Below are positions 18,383 through 27,426 of a stretch of DNA of 36,246 nucleotides, piece after piece (position 1 is the first letter of the stretch; each line of letters opens with the position of its first letter). Below the pieces are notes generated by a model. It worked only from the letters and a program-made list of their open reading frames with translations. It was not told where the DNA came from and made no database searches. The position numbers were made by a program, and so were the translations under genes. The stretch comes from a virus (Duplodnaviria; Heunggongvirae; Uroviricota; Caudoviricetes), in IMG/VR virus record IMGVR_UViG_2563366806_000005; one strand, given 5' to 3'.

Positions 18383-18515
18383 CGGTGATCTGAACGCGTT
18401 GCTGGATGAAACGGAGGCCGCCTGGGCGGTCTGTGCAGACAAAGTGGACATGATTATTGCGTGTCAGGAGCGAAACAGTGAACAAACCACAATCCCTGCG
18501 CCACGCCCTCAATAA
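18225..18515 (+). CDS. lysC: Spanin outer-membrane lipoprotein subunit (LysC / Rz1-like), begins inside lysB in another frame
   Basis: GTG start with RBS gagga; lipobox LLTLSGC; overlaps lysB 18225-18382. Confidence 0.65.
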   Translation: MRTRIYAAGLILLCLLTLSGCGNVRHSPEVQLTVSGCPRVTPCRLDQATPRTNGDLNALLDETEAAWAVCADKVDMIIACQERNSEQTTIPAPRPQ

Positions 18516-18909
18516 AGCGGTGCCTTATGTCCGCAATAACCCGGACAAACTGCATCTGTTTGTGGATAACGGTTCGCTGGTTGCCACGGGGGCCAGCTCC
18601 ATGTCGTGGGAGTACCGTTACACCCTGAACGCGGTGATTGAGGATTTCAGCGGCGACCAAAATCTGCTGATGGCCCCGGTTTTGCTGTGGCTGCGGGATA
18701 ACCAGCCCGATGCCATCAATAACCCGGCGTTACGGGAAAAACTATTTACCTTTGAGGTGGATATTCTGCGCAACGATGTCTGTGATATCAGCCTTAACCT
18801 GCATCTGACGGAACGTGTGCTGGTCAGCACTGACGGCAGTGTGTCGAGCGTTGAAGCTGTAGCAGAACCCGATGAACCTGAAGAAATGTGGACGGTGAAA
18901 CGTGGCTGA
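18478..18909 (+). CDS. R: Tail completion protein R
   Basis: Position; GTG 18478 with RBS aggag preferred over TTG 18457. Confidence 0.75.
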   Translation: MNKPQSLRHALNKAVPYVRNNPDKLHLFVDNGSLVATGASSMSWEYRYTLNAVIEDFSGDQNLLMAPVLLWLRDNQPDAINNPALREKLFTFEVDILRNDVCDISLNLHLTERVLVSTDGSVSSVEAVAEPDEPEEMWTVKRG

Positions 18910-19348
18910 ACTGCAGAAGGTGGACGACTGGCTTAGTGCCTTACTGGCGAATCTGGAACCAGTCGCAAGAAGCCGCATGATGCGCCAGCTGGCGCAGGAA
19001 CTGCGCCGGACACAGCAGCAGAATATCAGGATGCAGCGCAATCCAGATGGCAGCAGTTATGAACCGCGCAAGGTCACGGCGCGCAGTAAAAAAGGCCGCA
19101 TCAAACGTCAGATGTTTGCAAAGCTGCGCACCACCAAATACCTGAAAACCGCCGCCAGCGCCGACTCTGCCAGCGTACAGTTTGAAAGTAAGGTGCAGCG
19201 CATTGCTCGCGTTCACCATTATGGCCTGCGCGATCGCGTCAGCCGCAAAGGACCGGAAGTGCGTTACGCAGAGCGTCGTTTGTTGGGTCTTAATGGTGAG
19301 TCTTACGTTCTAACTCGTGATATATTGAATAGATTCCTTCTGTCTTGA
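18902..19348 (+). CDS. S: Tail completion protein S; final ~19 codons encoded by the AT-rich insert
   Basis: Position after R; 3' end overlaps the convergent cargo gene by 59 nt. Confidence 0.75.
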   Translation: MAELQKVDDWLSALLANLEPVARSRMMRQLAQELRRTQQQNIRMQRNPDGSSYEPRKVTARSKKGRIKRQMFAKLRTTKYLKTAASADSASVQFESKVQRIARVHHYGLRDRVSRKGPEVRYAERRLLGLNGESYVLTRDILNRFLLS

Positions 19349-20096
19349 ATTCACCATATGCCCAATGAATTGCATTTTTTTGTTCAGTCAGAATATATTT
19401 CCTAACTTTTTTAGAATAGTGAATGGTCAGTATAAAACCCAAAGAAATCCATAATAGAATAAATATGGTTGTTGGGGCAAAGGAATAGATAAAGAATTTG
19501 TCTTTAACGAAATTCTTGACTTCTTCATCAATGTAAGTATTCCCTTCATCAGTGGTTAGTAGTTTACAAAGAATTTCTTTATGTTCGATAGTTAATGATT
19601 TGTACTTCTCTGTACTGGCAGAGGATGACTCTTCGCAATCATCTTTTGATATTTCCCAATCAGGAGTGGTTAATATTGTAGCTGCAGTCGCCAGTTTTTT
19701 TGACATATAAAATGATTCACCGGACTTTATCCAATAAAGCAATGTGCTATTTGGTGGGGTTCTAATGGCTTGGATGAAAACTGGACCAAAAATATAAATT
19801 GCACACAAAAAAAGAAGTGAAAAGAGAACCGTGATTGATTTTTCAGCCCATGTGATAGTAGGCAGCCTTTTTAATGATATTCGTATAAGAAAAAAATTTA
19901 ATATAAACGCAGGTATTCCTGATTTTTTCAAAATTACATCATGAGATTTTCTATATTTGAATAGTGCTCTTATAACTATCGTCACCAAAGTTATAACAGC
20001 TCCAATAATGGAAATCCATGCGGCAAGTGCCGCTGCCGGGGTGTTTAAAAATTCAGCATTAAATATATTAGAACTTATTGGATTCATAACACTCAT
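19290..20096 (-). CDS. Uncharacterised multi-pass membrane protein, 268 aa; AT-rich cargo gene antisense between S and V
   Basis: Hydrophobic helices (AAALAAWISIIGAVITLVTIVI; ITVLFSLLFLCAIYIFGPVFI; FAPTTIFILLWISLGFILTI); strongly AT-rich versus flanks; no recognisable enzymatic motif. Confidence 0.6.
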   Translation of the reverse strand: MSVMNPISSNIFNAEFLNTPAAALAAWISIIGAVITLVTIVIRALFKYRKSHDVILKKSGIPAFILNFFLIRISLKRLPTITWAEKSITVLFSLLFLCAIYIFGPVFIQAIRTPPNSTLLYWIKSGESFYMSKKLATAATILTTPDWEISKDDCEESSSASTEKYKSLTIEHKEILCKLLTTDEGNTYIDEEVKNFVKDKFFIYSFAPTTIFILLWISLGFILTIHYSKKVRKYILTEQKNAIHWAYGEFKTEGIYSIYHELERKTHH

Positions 20097-20135
20097 TTAT
20101 CCACCTATTGGTTGTTTTTTATCCTTTTATCAATT

Positions 20136-20153
20136 TGTACCATCGATACCACA
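20136..20153 (+). promoter_or_regulatory. Ogr-type late activator site TGT-N12-ACA upstream of V
   Basis: tgtaccatcgataccaca, 47 nt upstream of the V start. Confidence 0.5.
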
Positions 20154-20199
20154 ATTTGCAAGAAGTTATAAACAAGTTTTCAGCTGTCATCATATATCT

Positions 20200-20778
20200 A
20201 TGAACGCACAACTAACCGAAATCATGCGCCTTATCACCAATCTGATCCGCATAGGTGTAGTCACCGAAGTGGACCGGGAAAACTGGCTTTGTCGGGTGAA
20301 AACGGGCGACCTTGAAACCAACTGGATCAGCTGGCTGACGCTGCGCGCGGGTAATGCCCGCACATGGTGGCGACCATCGGAAGGTGAGCAGGTGGTGCTG
20401 CTGAGTCTGGGCGGCAATCTGGAGACTGCCTTTGCGCTGCCCGCTGTCTATTCGAATCAGTTCGCACCACCGTCGACGTCGGCGGACGCCTGCGTGACAG
20501 AACATCCTGACGGTGGCTGGTTTGAATACGAACCCGCCACCGGGCGCTGGTATGTCAGGGGCATCAAATCAATGGTCATTGAGGCCGCTGATAACATCAC
20601 CATGAAAACCAGTGAGTTTGTACTGGAGGCTGACCGCACGCGCATTAACAGCGAAGTGGTGATCAATGGTGGCGTTACCCAGGGCGGCGGAGCGATGAGT
20701 TCTAACGGGATCGTGGTTGATGCGCATCAGCATACTGGCGTCCTGAAAGGCGGCGATACAACCGGAGGCCCGGTATGA
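20200..20778 (+). CDS. V: Baseplate spike protein (P2 gpV)
   Basis: ATG 20200 (track start 19957 runs through the promoter region); position before W-J-I. Confidence 0.85.
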   Translation: MNAQLTEIMRLITNLIRIGVVTEVDRENWLCRVKTGDLETNWISWLTLRAGNARTWWRPSEGEQVVLLSLGGNLETAFALPAVYSNQFAPPSTSADACVTEHPDGGWFEYEPATGRWYVRGIKSMVIEAADNITMKTSEFVLEADRTRINSEVVINGGVTQGGGAMSSNGIVVDAHQHTGVLKGGDTTGGPV

Positions 20779-21134
20779 CGCTTTATAGCGGGATGAACAA
20801 TACCAGCGGCAAAGTCATTACTGATATTGACCATCTGCGCCAGTCGGTGCGGGACATTCTGCTGACGCCGCAGGGTAGCCGCATTGCTCGCCGTGAATAT
20901 GGTTCCCTGCTGTCGGCACTGATAGACCAGCCACAAAATCCGGCGTTACGCCTGCAGGTCATGTCGGCAGTGTATGTGGCGCTGAGTCGCTGGGAGCCAC
21001 GGCTGACGCTGGATTCCATCACCATTAACAGCAATTTTGACGGTTCAATGGTGGTGGGACTGACCGGGCGGCGTAATAACGGTGTGCCTGTTTCCCTTTC
21101 CGTATCAACAGGAGCAGAGAATGGCAGTGATTGA
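20775..21134 (+). CDS. W: Baseplate protein W (gp25-like)
   Basis: 119 aa, RBS ggagg, overlaps V stop. Confidence 0.85.
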   Translation: MTLYSGMNNTSGKVITDIDHLRQSVRDILLTPQGSRIARREYGSLLSALIDQPQNPALRLQVMSAVYVALSRWEPRLTLDSITINSNFDGSMVVGLTGRRNNGVPVSLSVSTGAENGSD

Positions 21135-22029
21135 CCTTTCGCAGTTGCCTGCGCCGCAGATTGTCGATGTGCCGGACTTTGAGACGTTGCTTGCCGAACG
21201 CAAGGCCGAATTTGTTGCGCTTCATCCGAAAGATGAGCAGGAAGCCGTGATCCGCACGCTGGAACTGGAATCTGAACCCGTCACCAAATTGCTGCAGGAG
21301 AATGCTTACCGTGAGTTGCTTCTGCGCCAGCGCATTAACGAAGCCGCGCAGGCGGTGATGGTGGCTTACGCGATGGGCGGCGATCTTGACCAGCTCGCTG
21401 CCAACTACAACGTGAAACGCCTGACGGTGACGCCTGCTGATAATGACGCTGTGCCGCCCGTTGCGGCTGTGATGGAAAGCGATGAAGCGTTACGCCTGCG
21501 TGTGCCTGCAGCCTTTGAAGGGCTTTCAGTTGCGGGGCCAACTGCAGCCTATGAATTTCATGCCCGAAGCGCCGACGGTCGGGTGGCGGATGCCAGTGCA
21601 ACCAGTCCGGCACCTGCAGAGGTGGTACTGACTGTCCTTAGCCGTGAAGGCGACGGAACAGCAGAAAAAGACCTGCTGGATGTGGTGGAAAAAGCCCTGA
21701 ACAGTGAGAACGTCCGCCCGGTGGCTGACCGTCTGACGGTTCGCAGCGCAGAAATCATCCCGTATCGCGTGGAAGCCACCATTTTTCTCTATCCGGGACC
21801 GGAAGCAGAGCCGGTAATGGCAGCGGCAAAAGCCAGCCTGCAGAAGTACATCGCCAGTCAGACGCGTCTTGGTCGGGATATTCGCCGTAGCGCCATCTTT
21901 GCCGCCTTGCATGTTGAGGGTGTGCAGCGTGTGGAGCTGGCTTCTCCTCTGGCGGATGTGGTCCTGAACAAAACACAGGCGGCATCATGTACGCAGTGGA
22001 GCGTAACCAACGGAGGAACGGATGAATAG
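21121..22029 (+). CDS. J: Baseplate protein J
   Basis: ATG 21121 with RBS aggagcag; position. Confidence 0.85.
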   Translation: MAVIDLSQLPAPQIVDVPDFETLLAERKAEFVALHPKDEQEAVIRTLELESEPVTKLLQENAYRELLLRQRINEAAQAVMVAYAMGGDLDQLAANYNVKRLTVTPADNDAVPPVAAVMESDEALRLRVPAAFEGLSVAGPTAAYEFHARSADGRVADASATSPAPAEVVLTVLSREGDGTAEKDLLDVVEKALNSENVRPVADRLTVRSAEIIPYRVEATIFLYPGPEAEPVMAAAKASLQKYIASQTRLGRDIRRSAIFAALHVEGVQRVELASPLADVVLNKTQAASCTQWSVTNGGTDE

Positions 22030-22627
22030 TCTGCTGCCACCGGGTTCAACACCACTGGAGCGCCGACTGGCGCAAACCTGCAGCGGGATTTCTGATCTGC
22101 AGGTGCCGCTTCGTGACTTGTGGAATCCGGCAACCTGTCCGGTCAGTTTCCTGCCTTATCTCGCCTGGGCGTTCTCTGTGGATCGCTGGGACGAGGACTG
22201 GACAGAAAGTGTCAAGCGCCAGGTGGTGAAGGATGCTTTTTATATTCATCAGCATAAAGGGACCACCAGTGCCGTGCGGCGGGTGGTGGAGCCGTTCGGC
22301 TTTCTGATCCGCATTATTGAGTGGTGGCAGACCGGAGAGACACCGGGCACGTTTCGTCTGGATATCGGCGTGCAGGACCAGGGCATCACTGAAGATACCT
22401 ATCTGGAACTTGAGCGACTGATAAGCGATGCCAAACCATGCAGCCGTCACATGATCGGCATGTCCATCAACCTGCAGACCAGCGGCCCGCATTGGGTGGG
22501 AGCCGCCAGCTATCTTGGCGAAGAAATCACGATCTATCCGTATATCAACGAAACAATTATTTCCGGTGGCACCGCGCATGAAGGCGGGGCGGTCCATGTT
22601 ATTGACACAATGAGAGTGAATCCATGA
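22022..22627 (+). CDS. I: Baseplate / tail fibre attachment protein I
   Basis: Position between J and H. Confidence 0.8.
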   Translation: MNSLLPPGSTPLERRLAQTCSGISDLQVPLRDLWNPATCPVSFLPYLAWAFSVDRWDEDWTESVKRQVVKDAFYIHQHKGTTSAVRRVVEPFGFLIRIIEWWQTGETPGTFRLDIGVQDQGITEDTYLELERLISDAKPCSRHMIGMSINLQTSGPHWVGAASYLGEEITIYPYINETIISGGTAHEGGAVHVIDTMRVNP

Positions 22628-24309
22628 GCACAAAATTTTATACCCTGCTGACGGATATTGGCGCGGCGAAACTTGCCAGCGCCGCCGCGCTCGGTGTGCC
22701 TTTAAAAATTACCCATATGGCGGTCGGCGATGGCGGCGGAGTATTGCCAACGCCGGATGCAAAGCAGACTGCACTGGTGAATGAGAAACGCCGGGCTGCG
22801 CTGAATATGCTCTATATCGACCCGCAGAACAGTAGCCAGATTATTGCTGAACAGGTAATCCCTGAAAATGAGGGCGGTTGGTGGATACGTGAAGTGGGCC
22901 TGTTTGATGAGTCCGGGGCATTGATTGCCGTGGGAAACTGCCCGGAAAGCTATAAGCCGCAACTGGCTGAAGGCAGTGGGCGTACCCAGACCGTGCGCAT
23001 GGTGCTGATTACCAGCAGCACGGACAATATCACCCTGAAAATCGACCCTGCCGTCGTGCTGGCAACCCGCAAGTATGTGGATGACAAGGTACTGGAGCTG
23101 AAGGTGTTCGTGGATGATAAGATGGCAAAACATCTTGCCGCACCGGACCCGCATTCACAGTATGCACCCAAAGAAAGCCCGACATTGACCGGAACACCCA
23201 AAGCGCCAACGCCAGCGGAGGGGAATAACACCACGCAGATTGCGACCACCGCGTTTGTTCAGGCGGCACTGATGGCCCTTATTAATGGTGCGCCAGCCAC
23301 ACTGGATACGATGAAAGAAATTGCCGCTGCCATTAATAATGACCCGAAATTCAGTACCACCATTAACAATGCGCTGGCACTGAAAGCGCCGCTGTTAAGT
23401 CCGGCATTCACCGGAACGCCAACAGCCCCCACTGCCGCACAGTCGGTTAACAATACACAGATTGCCACCACGGCTTTTGTGAAATCGGCAATTGCGGCAA
23501 TGGTGGGGTCTGCACCTGCTGCACTGGATACACTGAACGAACTGGCTGCGGCGCTGGGGAATGACCCGAACTTTGCCACGACAATGCTTAATGCGCTGGC
23601 AGGTAAACAACCGTTGGACAATACGCTGACTAATTTGAGTGGAAAGGATGTAGCTGGTCTTCTCGCATACCTTGGTTTGGGAGATACAAGCGGATACGTG
23701 GGACGCCGGCTGAGTACCCGGGCTTTCGCGTCATCAGGTACGTATACCCCATCACCAGAAACAAAACGGATCAGGGTCACAATAACGGGCGGCGGTGGCG
23801 GAGGGGGTGGCTGCCAGGCTATATCCAGTAACGAAACGTTTTTCGGTGCTGGCGGTGGGGCCGGAGGGACAGTAATCACCATACTGACCCCGACACAGAA
23901 TAGTTATCCTGTCACTATCGGCGCAGGTGGGGCCGGCGGCGTTGGTGCGACGAACGGCCTCAAGGGCGGTGATAGCTCGTTCGGATCGGTAATAGCCCCT
24001 GGTGGTGAAGGCGGCGGAAAAGTAGGAGTCACAAACACAAACGGCGGTAACGGAGGCGTACCGAATATTGGCGATATCCGCATCACTGGTGGAGATGGAG
24101 GCGACGGTCAGTCCGGGAATATCAGCGTCAGCGGTGAAGGCGGTGCATCGTACTGGGGAGGCGGTGGACGTGCAGGCGCTGGCGGTGGCGTTAGAGGCAG
24201 GGCATTTGGTTCAGGCGGAGGTGGTGCATACGATGCAGGTTATAGCGGAACCAGTATGACGGGCGGGAAAGGTGCTGATGGGGTTTGTATTATCGAGGAG
24301 TTTGCATAA
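22624..24309 (+). CDS. H: Tail fibre protein H (constant N-terminal part plus current variable glycine-rich tip)
   Basis: N-terminus MSTKFYTLLTDIGAAKLA typical of P2-like H; three internal tandem repeats; Gly-rich C-terminus; invertase crossover site inside the gene. Confidence 0.85.
   Translation: MSTKFYTLLTDIGAAKLASAAALGVPLKITHMAVGDGGGVLPTPDAKQTALVNEKRRAALNMLYIDPQNSSQIIAEQVIPENEGGWWIREVGLFDESGALIAVGNCPESYKPQLAEGSGRTQTVRMVLITSSTDNITLKIDPAVVLATRKYVDDKVLELKVFVDDKMAKHLAAPDPHSQYAPKESPTLTGTPKAPTPAEGNNTTQIATTAFVQAALMALINGAPATLDTMKEIAAAINNDPKFSTTINNALALKAPLLSPAFTGTPTAPTAAQSVNNTQIATTAFVKSAIAAMVGSAPAALDTLNELAAALGNDPNFATTMLNALAGKQPLDNTLTNLSGKDVAGLLAYLGLGDTSGYVGRRLSTRAFASSGTYTPSPETKRIRVTITGGGGGGGGCQAISSNETFFGAGGGAGGTVITILTPTQNSYPVTIGAGGAGGVGATNGLKGGDSSFGSVIAPGGEGGGKVGVTNTNGGNGGVPNIGDIRITGGDGGDGQSGNISVSGEGGASYWGGGGRAGAGGGVRGRAFGSGGGGAYDAGYSGTSMTGGKGADGVCIIEEFA
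23661..23686. repeat. Invertase crossover site (left), inside H
   Basis: ttggtttgggaga (23672-23684) is the exact reverse complement of 25456-25468; half-sites resemble Gin/Hin/Cin/Pin recombination sites. Confidence 0.65.
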
Positions 24310-24719
24310 TGAATGCGTCATATGCAGTTATTGAAAATGGGATGGTTGTGAATGTCATTGTCTGGGATGGCGAGGATGAATTCACTGTGCCGGATAATCT
24401 GCAGCTCATTAATATTTCTGATATCAGTGAGCAGCCCGGAATCGGCTGGGCGTATTCAGACGGGGTATTTACTGCGCCGCTCCCTCCGGAACGTTCTCAT
24501 GATGAACTGGTAGCTGACGCTGAACAGAAAAAACAGTCGTTGATAGACGCAGCAATGGTCAATATCAGCGTGATTCAGTTAAAGCTGCAGGCCGGGCGGA
24601 AGCTGACGCAGGCAGAAACCACCCGACTTAACGCCGTGCTGGATTACATTGACGCGGTGACGGCAACAGATACCAGCACTGCGCCGGATGTCATCTGGCC
24701 TGAACTGCCGGAGGCGTAG
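24309..24719 (+). CDS. G: Tail fibre assembly chaperone (Tfa / gpG-like), active orientation
   Basis: RBS gagga; overlaps H stop; C-terminal ...LDYIDAVTATDTSTAPDVIWPELP shared with the inverted copy. Confidence 0.75.
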   Translation: MNASYAVIENGMVVNVIVWDGEDEFTVPDNLQLINISDISEQPGIGWAYSDGVFTAPLPPERSHDELVADAEQKKQSLIDAAMVNISVIQLKLQAGRKLTQAETTRLNAVLDYIDAVTATDTSTAPDVIWPELPEA

Positions 24720-25134
24720 GCCATTCAATATCTGGAGCACTGGAGGTATCAACCAGTTCCAGTGCGTCCAGATAATCCAGCCACAAATTATATTGCACCA
24801 GTTCCTCACCTTTCAGACGACCAATTGATGCTTTACCTGGCCATTGTTTACTGTTGATGTATTCGTTGGCCTGATTAATCAATTGCTGCTTTTTAGTTTC
24901 GGCTGATGCAATTTGTTCTTCACGTGTTGGTGGAGGAATATCTACCCATGCAGGCAGTCCATCTTCTCCGACACATCTGTATTTTCCTTCTGGTGGTGTA
25001 TCATAGAAATATTCCCTGAAAATTACTTCGTCTATATCAACACCTTTTTCTTCAGGCCACTCACCTTTTTCAACATAAAGAGACTTAAGTTCGTAAGGAT
25101 ATGCCAGGTTGTTTACGTACAGATATTTCATCAT
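24691..25134 (-). CDS. Alternative tail fibre assembly chaperone (Tfa'), inverted cassette
   Basis: Convergent with tfa; C-terminus ...LDYLDALELVDTSSAPDIEWPTPP paralogous to Tfa. Confidence 0.7.
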   Translation of the reverse strand: MMKYLYVNNLAYPYELKSLYVEKGEWPEEKGVDIDEVIFREYFYDTPPEGKYRCVGEDGLPAWVDIPPPTREEQIASAETKKQQLINQANEYINSKQWPGKASIGRLKGEELVQYNLWLDYLDALELVDTSSAPDIEWPTPPAVQAR

Positions 25135-25508
25135 TACCAGCCCTTAGCGAAAAACGCACCACCTTCAAGACCATAATTGCAGTGAGCTATGAAGCCGGTA
25201 GTGCTCCAGTTGGTCGCCCCCCACATATTCCCACCCCCGAAACCACCATCGCACACAATTACAATGCCCGGTGTCTGTGTAAATGGAATCGGGAATGAAA
25301 CATTGGCGGATACAGGCCCGTGTTCACTAGGAAAACTAATTCGTCCCCACTGTTCAATTGAACCATCTGGCATTTTTCGCCAGCCTGAACCTGATGCATA
25401 TGATGACATATCAGGTATCTGATTTTCCCCAGTTCCCACATTCCGTTTTGCCGCTTCTCCCAAACCAACGTTTAAGAAAATGCAGCGATTACGACTAACT
25501 GGCATCAT
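25134..25508 (-). CDS. Alternative tail fibre C-terminal (variable) segment Sv', would fuse to H after inversion
   Basis: Contains the right crossover site near its 5' end; shares the GLG codons (ggtttggga) in frame with H at the left site. Confidence 0.6.
   Translation of the reverse strand: MMPVSRNRCIFLNVGLGEAAKRNVGTGENQIPDMSSYASGSGWRKMPDGSIEQWGRISFPSEHGPVSANVSFPIPFTQTPGIVIVCDGGFGGGNMWGATNWSTTGFIAHCNYGLEGGAFFAKGW
25455..25480. repeat. Invertase crossover site (right)
   Basis: ttctcccaaaccaacgtttaagaaaa; inverted repeat partner of 23661-23686. Confidence 0.65.
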
Positions 25509-25535
25509 CCCCGATTTTTATTCAAGGAGATGATC

Positions 25536-26102
25536 ATGCTTATTGGCTATGTACGCGTGTCAACAAATGACCAGAACACCGATTTGCAACGTAGTGCGCT
25601 GAACTGCGCGGGATGTGAGCGGATTTTTGAGGATAAAATCAGCGGCACTAAGTCCGACAGACCGGGGCTGAAAAAACTGCTCAGGACACTATCGGCAGGA
25701 GACACGCTGGTTGTCTGGAAGCTGGACAGGTTGGGGCGCAGTATGCGGCATCTTGTTACGCTGATAGAAGAGTTACGCCAGCGTGGTGTGAATTTCAGAA
25801 GCCTGACTGACAGTATTGATACCAGTACCCCAATGGGCCGTTTCTTTTTTCATGTCATGGGTGCCCTGGCTGAAATGGAACGCGAACTGATAGTTGAACG
25901 TACCAGGGCAGGGCTGGCTGCAGCTCGTGCCAAAGGCAGAGTAGGTGGACGCCGTCCTAAGTTGACCACCGAACAGTGGGCACAGATTGGGCGTTTACTC
26001 GAGGCCGGAGAATCAAGACAGCGTATTGCACTGATTTTTGATGTAGGCGTTTCTACCATTTATAGAAAATTTCCGGCAAATAAGAGCAATGAATCCCCCT
26101 GA
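25536..26102 (+). CDS. Serine recombinase, DNA invertase (Gin/Hin/Cin/Pin family)
   Basis: MLIGYVRVSTNDQNTDLQ N-terminus with catalytic Ser, C-terminal HTH; directly adjacent to the invertible segment. Confidence 0.9.
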   Translation: MLIGYVRVSTNDQNTDLQRSALNCAGCERIFEDKISGTKSDRPGLKKLLRTLSAGDTLVVWKLDRLGRSMRHLVTLIEELRQRGVNFRSLTDSIDTSTPMGRFFFHVMGALAEMERELIVERTRAGLAAARAKGRVGGRRPKLTTEQWAQIGRLLEAGESRQRIALIFDVGVSTIYRKFPANKSNESP

Positions 26103-26150
26103 ATCAGCATTATTTTGATTATCCCTGCAAGTAGACAAATACCGTCATTT

Positions 26151-26168
26151 TGTGTGAATAACGACACA
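26151..26168 (+). promoter_or_regulatory. Ogr-type late activator site TGT-N12-ACA upstream of FI
   Basis: tgtgtgaataacgacaca, about 77 nt upstream of the FI start. Confidence 0.5.
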
Positions 26169-26244
26169 ACTGCGCTTAGCTGTTTGTCAGGCACAATCAC
26201 TTCAACATAGGGCGAAGCCTAATCCAATCAGGAGGTTCGCCACT

Positions 26245-27417
26245 ATGGCTCAGGATTACCACCACGGGGTGCGCGTTGTTGAAGTCAACGAAGGCACCCG
26301 ATCTATTACCACGGTGAGCACCGCCATCGTGGGTATGGTCTGCACGGGCGATGATGCCGATGCAAAAATGTTTCCTCTTAATAAACCCGTGCTGATCACT
26401 GATGTTCTGACTGCCAGCGGTAAAGCGGGTGAGTCAGGTACTCTGGCCCGTTCGCTGGATGCCATCGCTGACCAGGCAAAACCCGTGACCATTGTTGTGC
26501 GTGTGCCGCAGGGTGAAACGGAAGACGAAACCACGACCAATATCATCGGCGCAGTGACTGCTGAAGGTAAAAAAACAGGTATGAAAGCCCTGTTATCTGC
26601 CCAGTCACAGCTCGGCGTTAAACCGCGCATTCTCGGCGTGCCAGGCCACGACACCAAGGCGGTAGCTACTGAGTTGCTAAGCGTGGCGCAAAGCCTGCGT
26701 GGATTTGCTTACCTGTCAGCGTATGGCTGCAAGACAGTGCAGGAGGCGATCACTTACCGCGAAAACTTCAGCCAGCGTGAAGGGATGCTGATCTGGCCTG
26801 ACTTTACTGGCTGGGACACGGTGCTGAATGCCGAAGCAACGGCATATGCCACCGCCCGTGCGCTTGGTCTGCGCGCCAAAATTGACGAGCAGACCGGATG
26901 GCACAAAAGCCTGTCCAACGTGGGCGTGAACGGTGTCACCGGAATTTCTGCAGATGTGTTCTGGGATCTGCAGGACCCGGCAACCGATGCAGGTCTGCTG
27001 AACCAGAACGACGTCACCACGCTTGTGCGTAAAGACGGTTTCCGCTTCTGGGGTTCCCGCTGCCTGAGTGATGACCCGCTCTTTGCCTTCGAAAACTACA
27101 CCCGCACGGCGCAGGTGCTGATGGACACGATTGCAGAAGCACACATGTGGGCGGTGGATAAACCTCTTAACCCGTCGCTGGCCCGCGACATTATCGAAGG
27201 TATCCGCGCCAAAATGCGCAGCCTGGTCAGTCAGGGCTATCTCATTGGTGGTGATTGCTGGCTGGATGAGTCGGTGAACGACAAAGACACGCTGAAAGCC
27301 GGAAAACTCACCATCGACTATGACTACACGCCAGTGCCGCCACTTGAAAATCTGATGCTGCGCCAGCGCATCACCGATCAGTACCTGGTGAATTTTGCCA
27401 GCCAGGTCAGCGCGTAA
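26245..27417 (+). CDS. FI: Tail sheath protein (P2 gpFI)
   Basis: 390 aa, position and size as P2 FI. Confidence 0.9.
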   Translation: MAQDYHHGVRVVEVNEGTRSITTVSTAIVGMVCTGDDADAKMFPLNKPVLITDVLTASGKAGESGTLARSLDAIADQAKPVTIVVRVPQGETEDETTTNIIGAVTAEGKKTGMKALLSAQSQLGVKPRILGVPGHDTKAVATELLSVAQSLRGFAYLSAYGCKTVQEAITYRENFSQREGMLIWPDFTGWDTVLNAEATAYATARALGLRAKIDEQTGWHKSLSNVGVNGVTGISADVFWDLQDPATDAGLLNQNDVTTLVRKDGFRFWGSRCLSDDPLFAFENYTRTAQVLMDTIAEAHMWAVDKPLNPSLARDIIEGIRAKMRSLVSQGYLIGGDCWLDESVNDKDTLKAGKLTIDYDYTPVPPLENLMLRQRITDQYLVNFASQVSA

Positions 27418-27426
27418 GGGGACAAC

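Noticed and set aside
23259-23882. 207-aa minus-strand proline/alanine-rich ORF inside H
   Set aside because: Antisense reading of the Gly/Ala-rich repeat region; compositional artefact
23780-24300. Glycine-codon repeats (ggcggtgg...) that might look like a repeat array
   Set aside because: Irregular, in frame within H and encoding a Gly-rich fibre tip; no regular repeat-spacer periodicity, so not CRISPR
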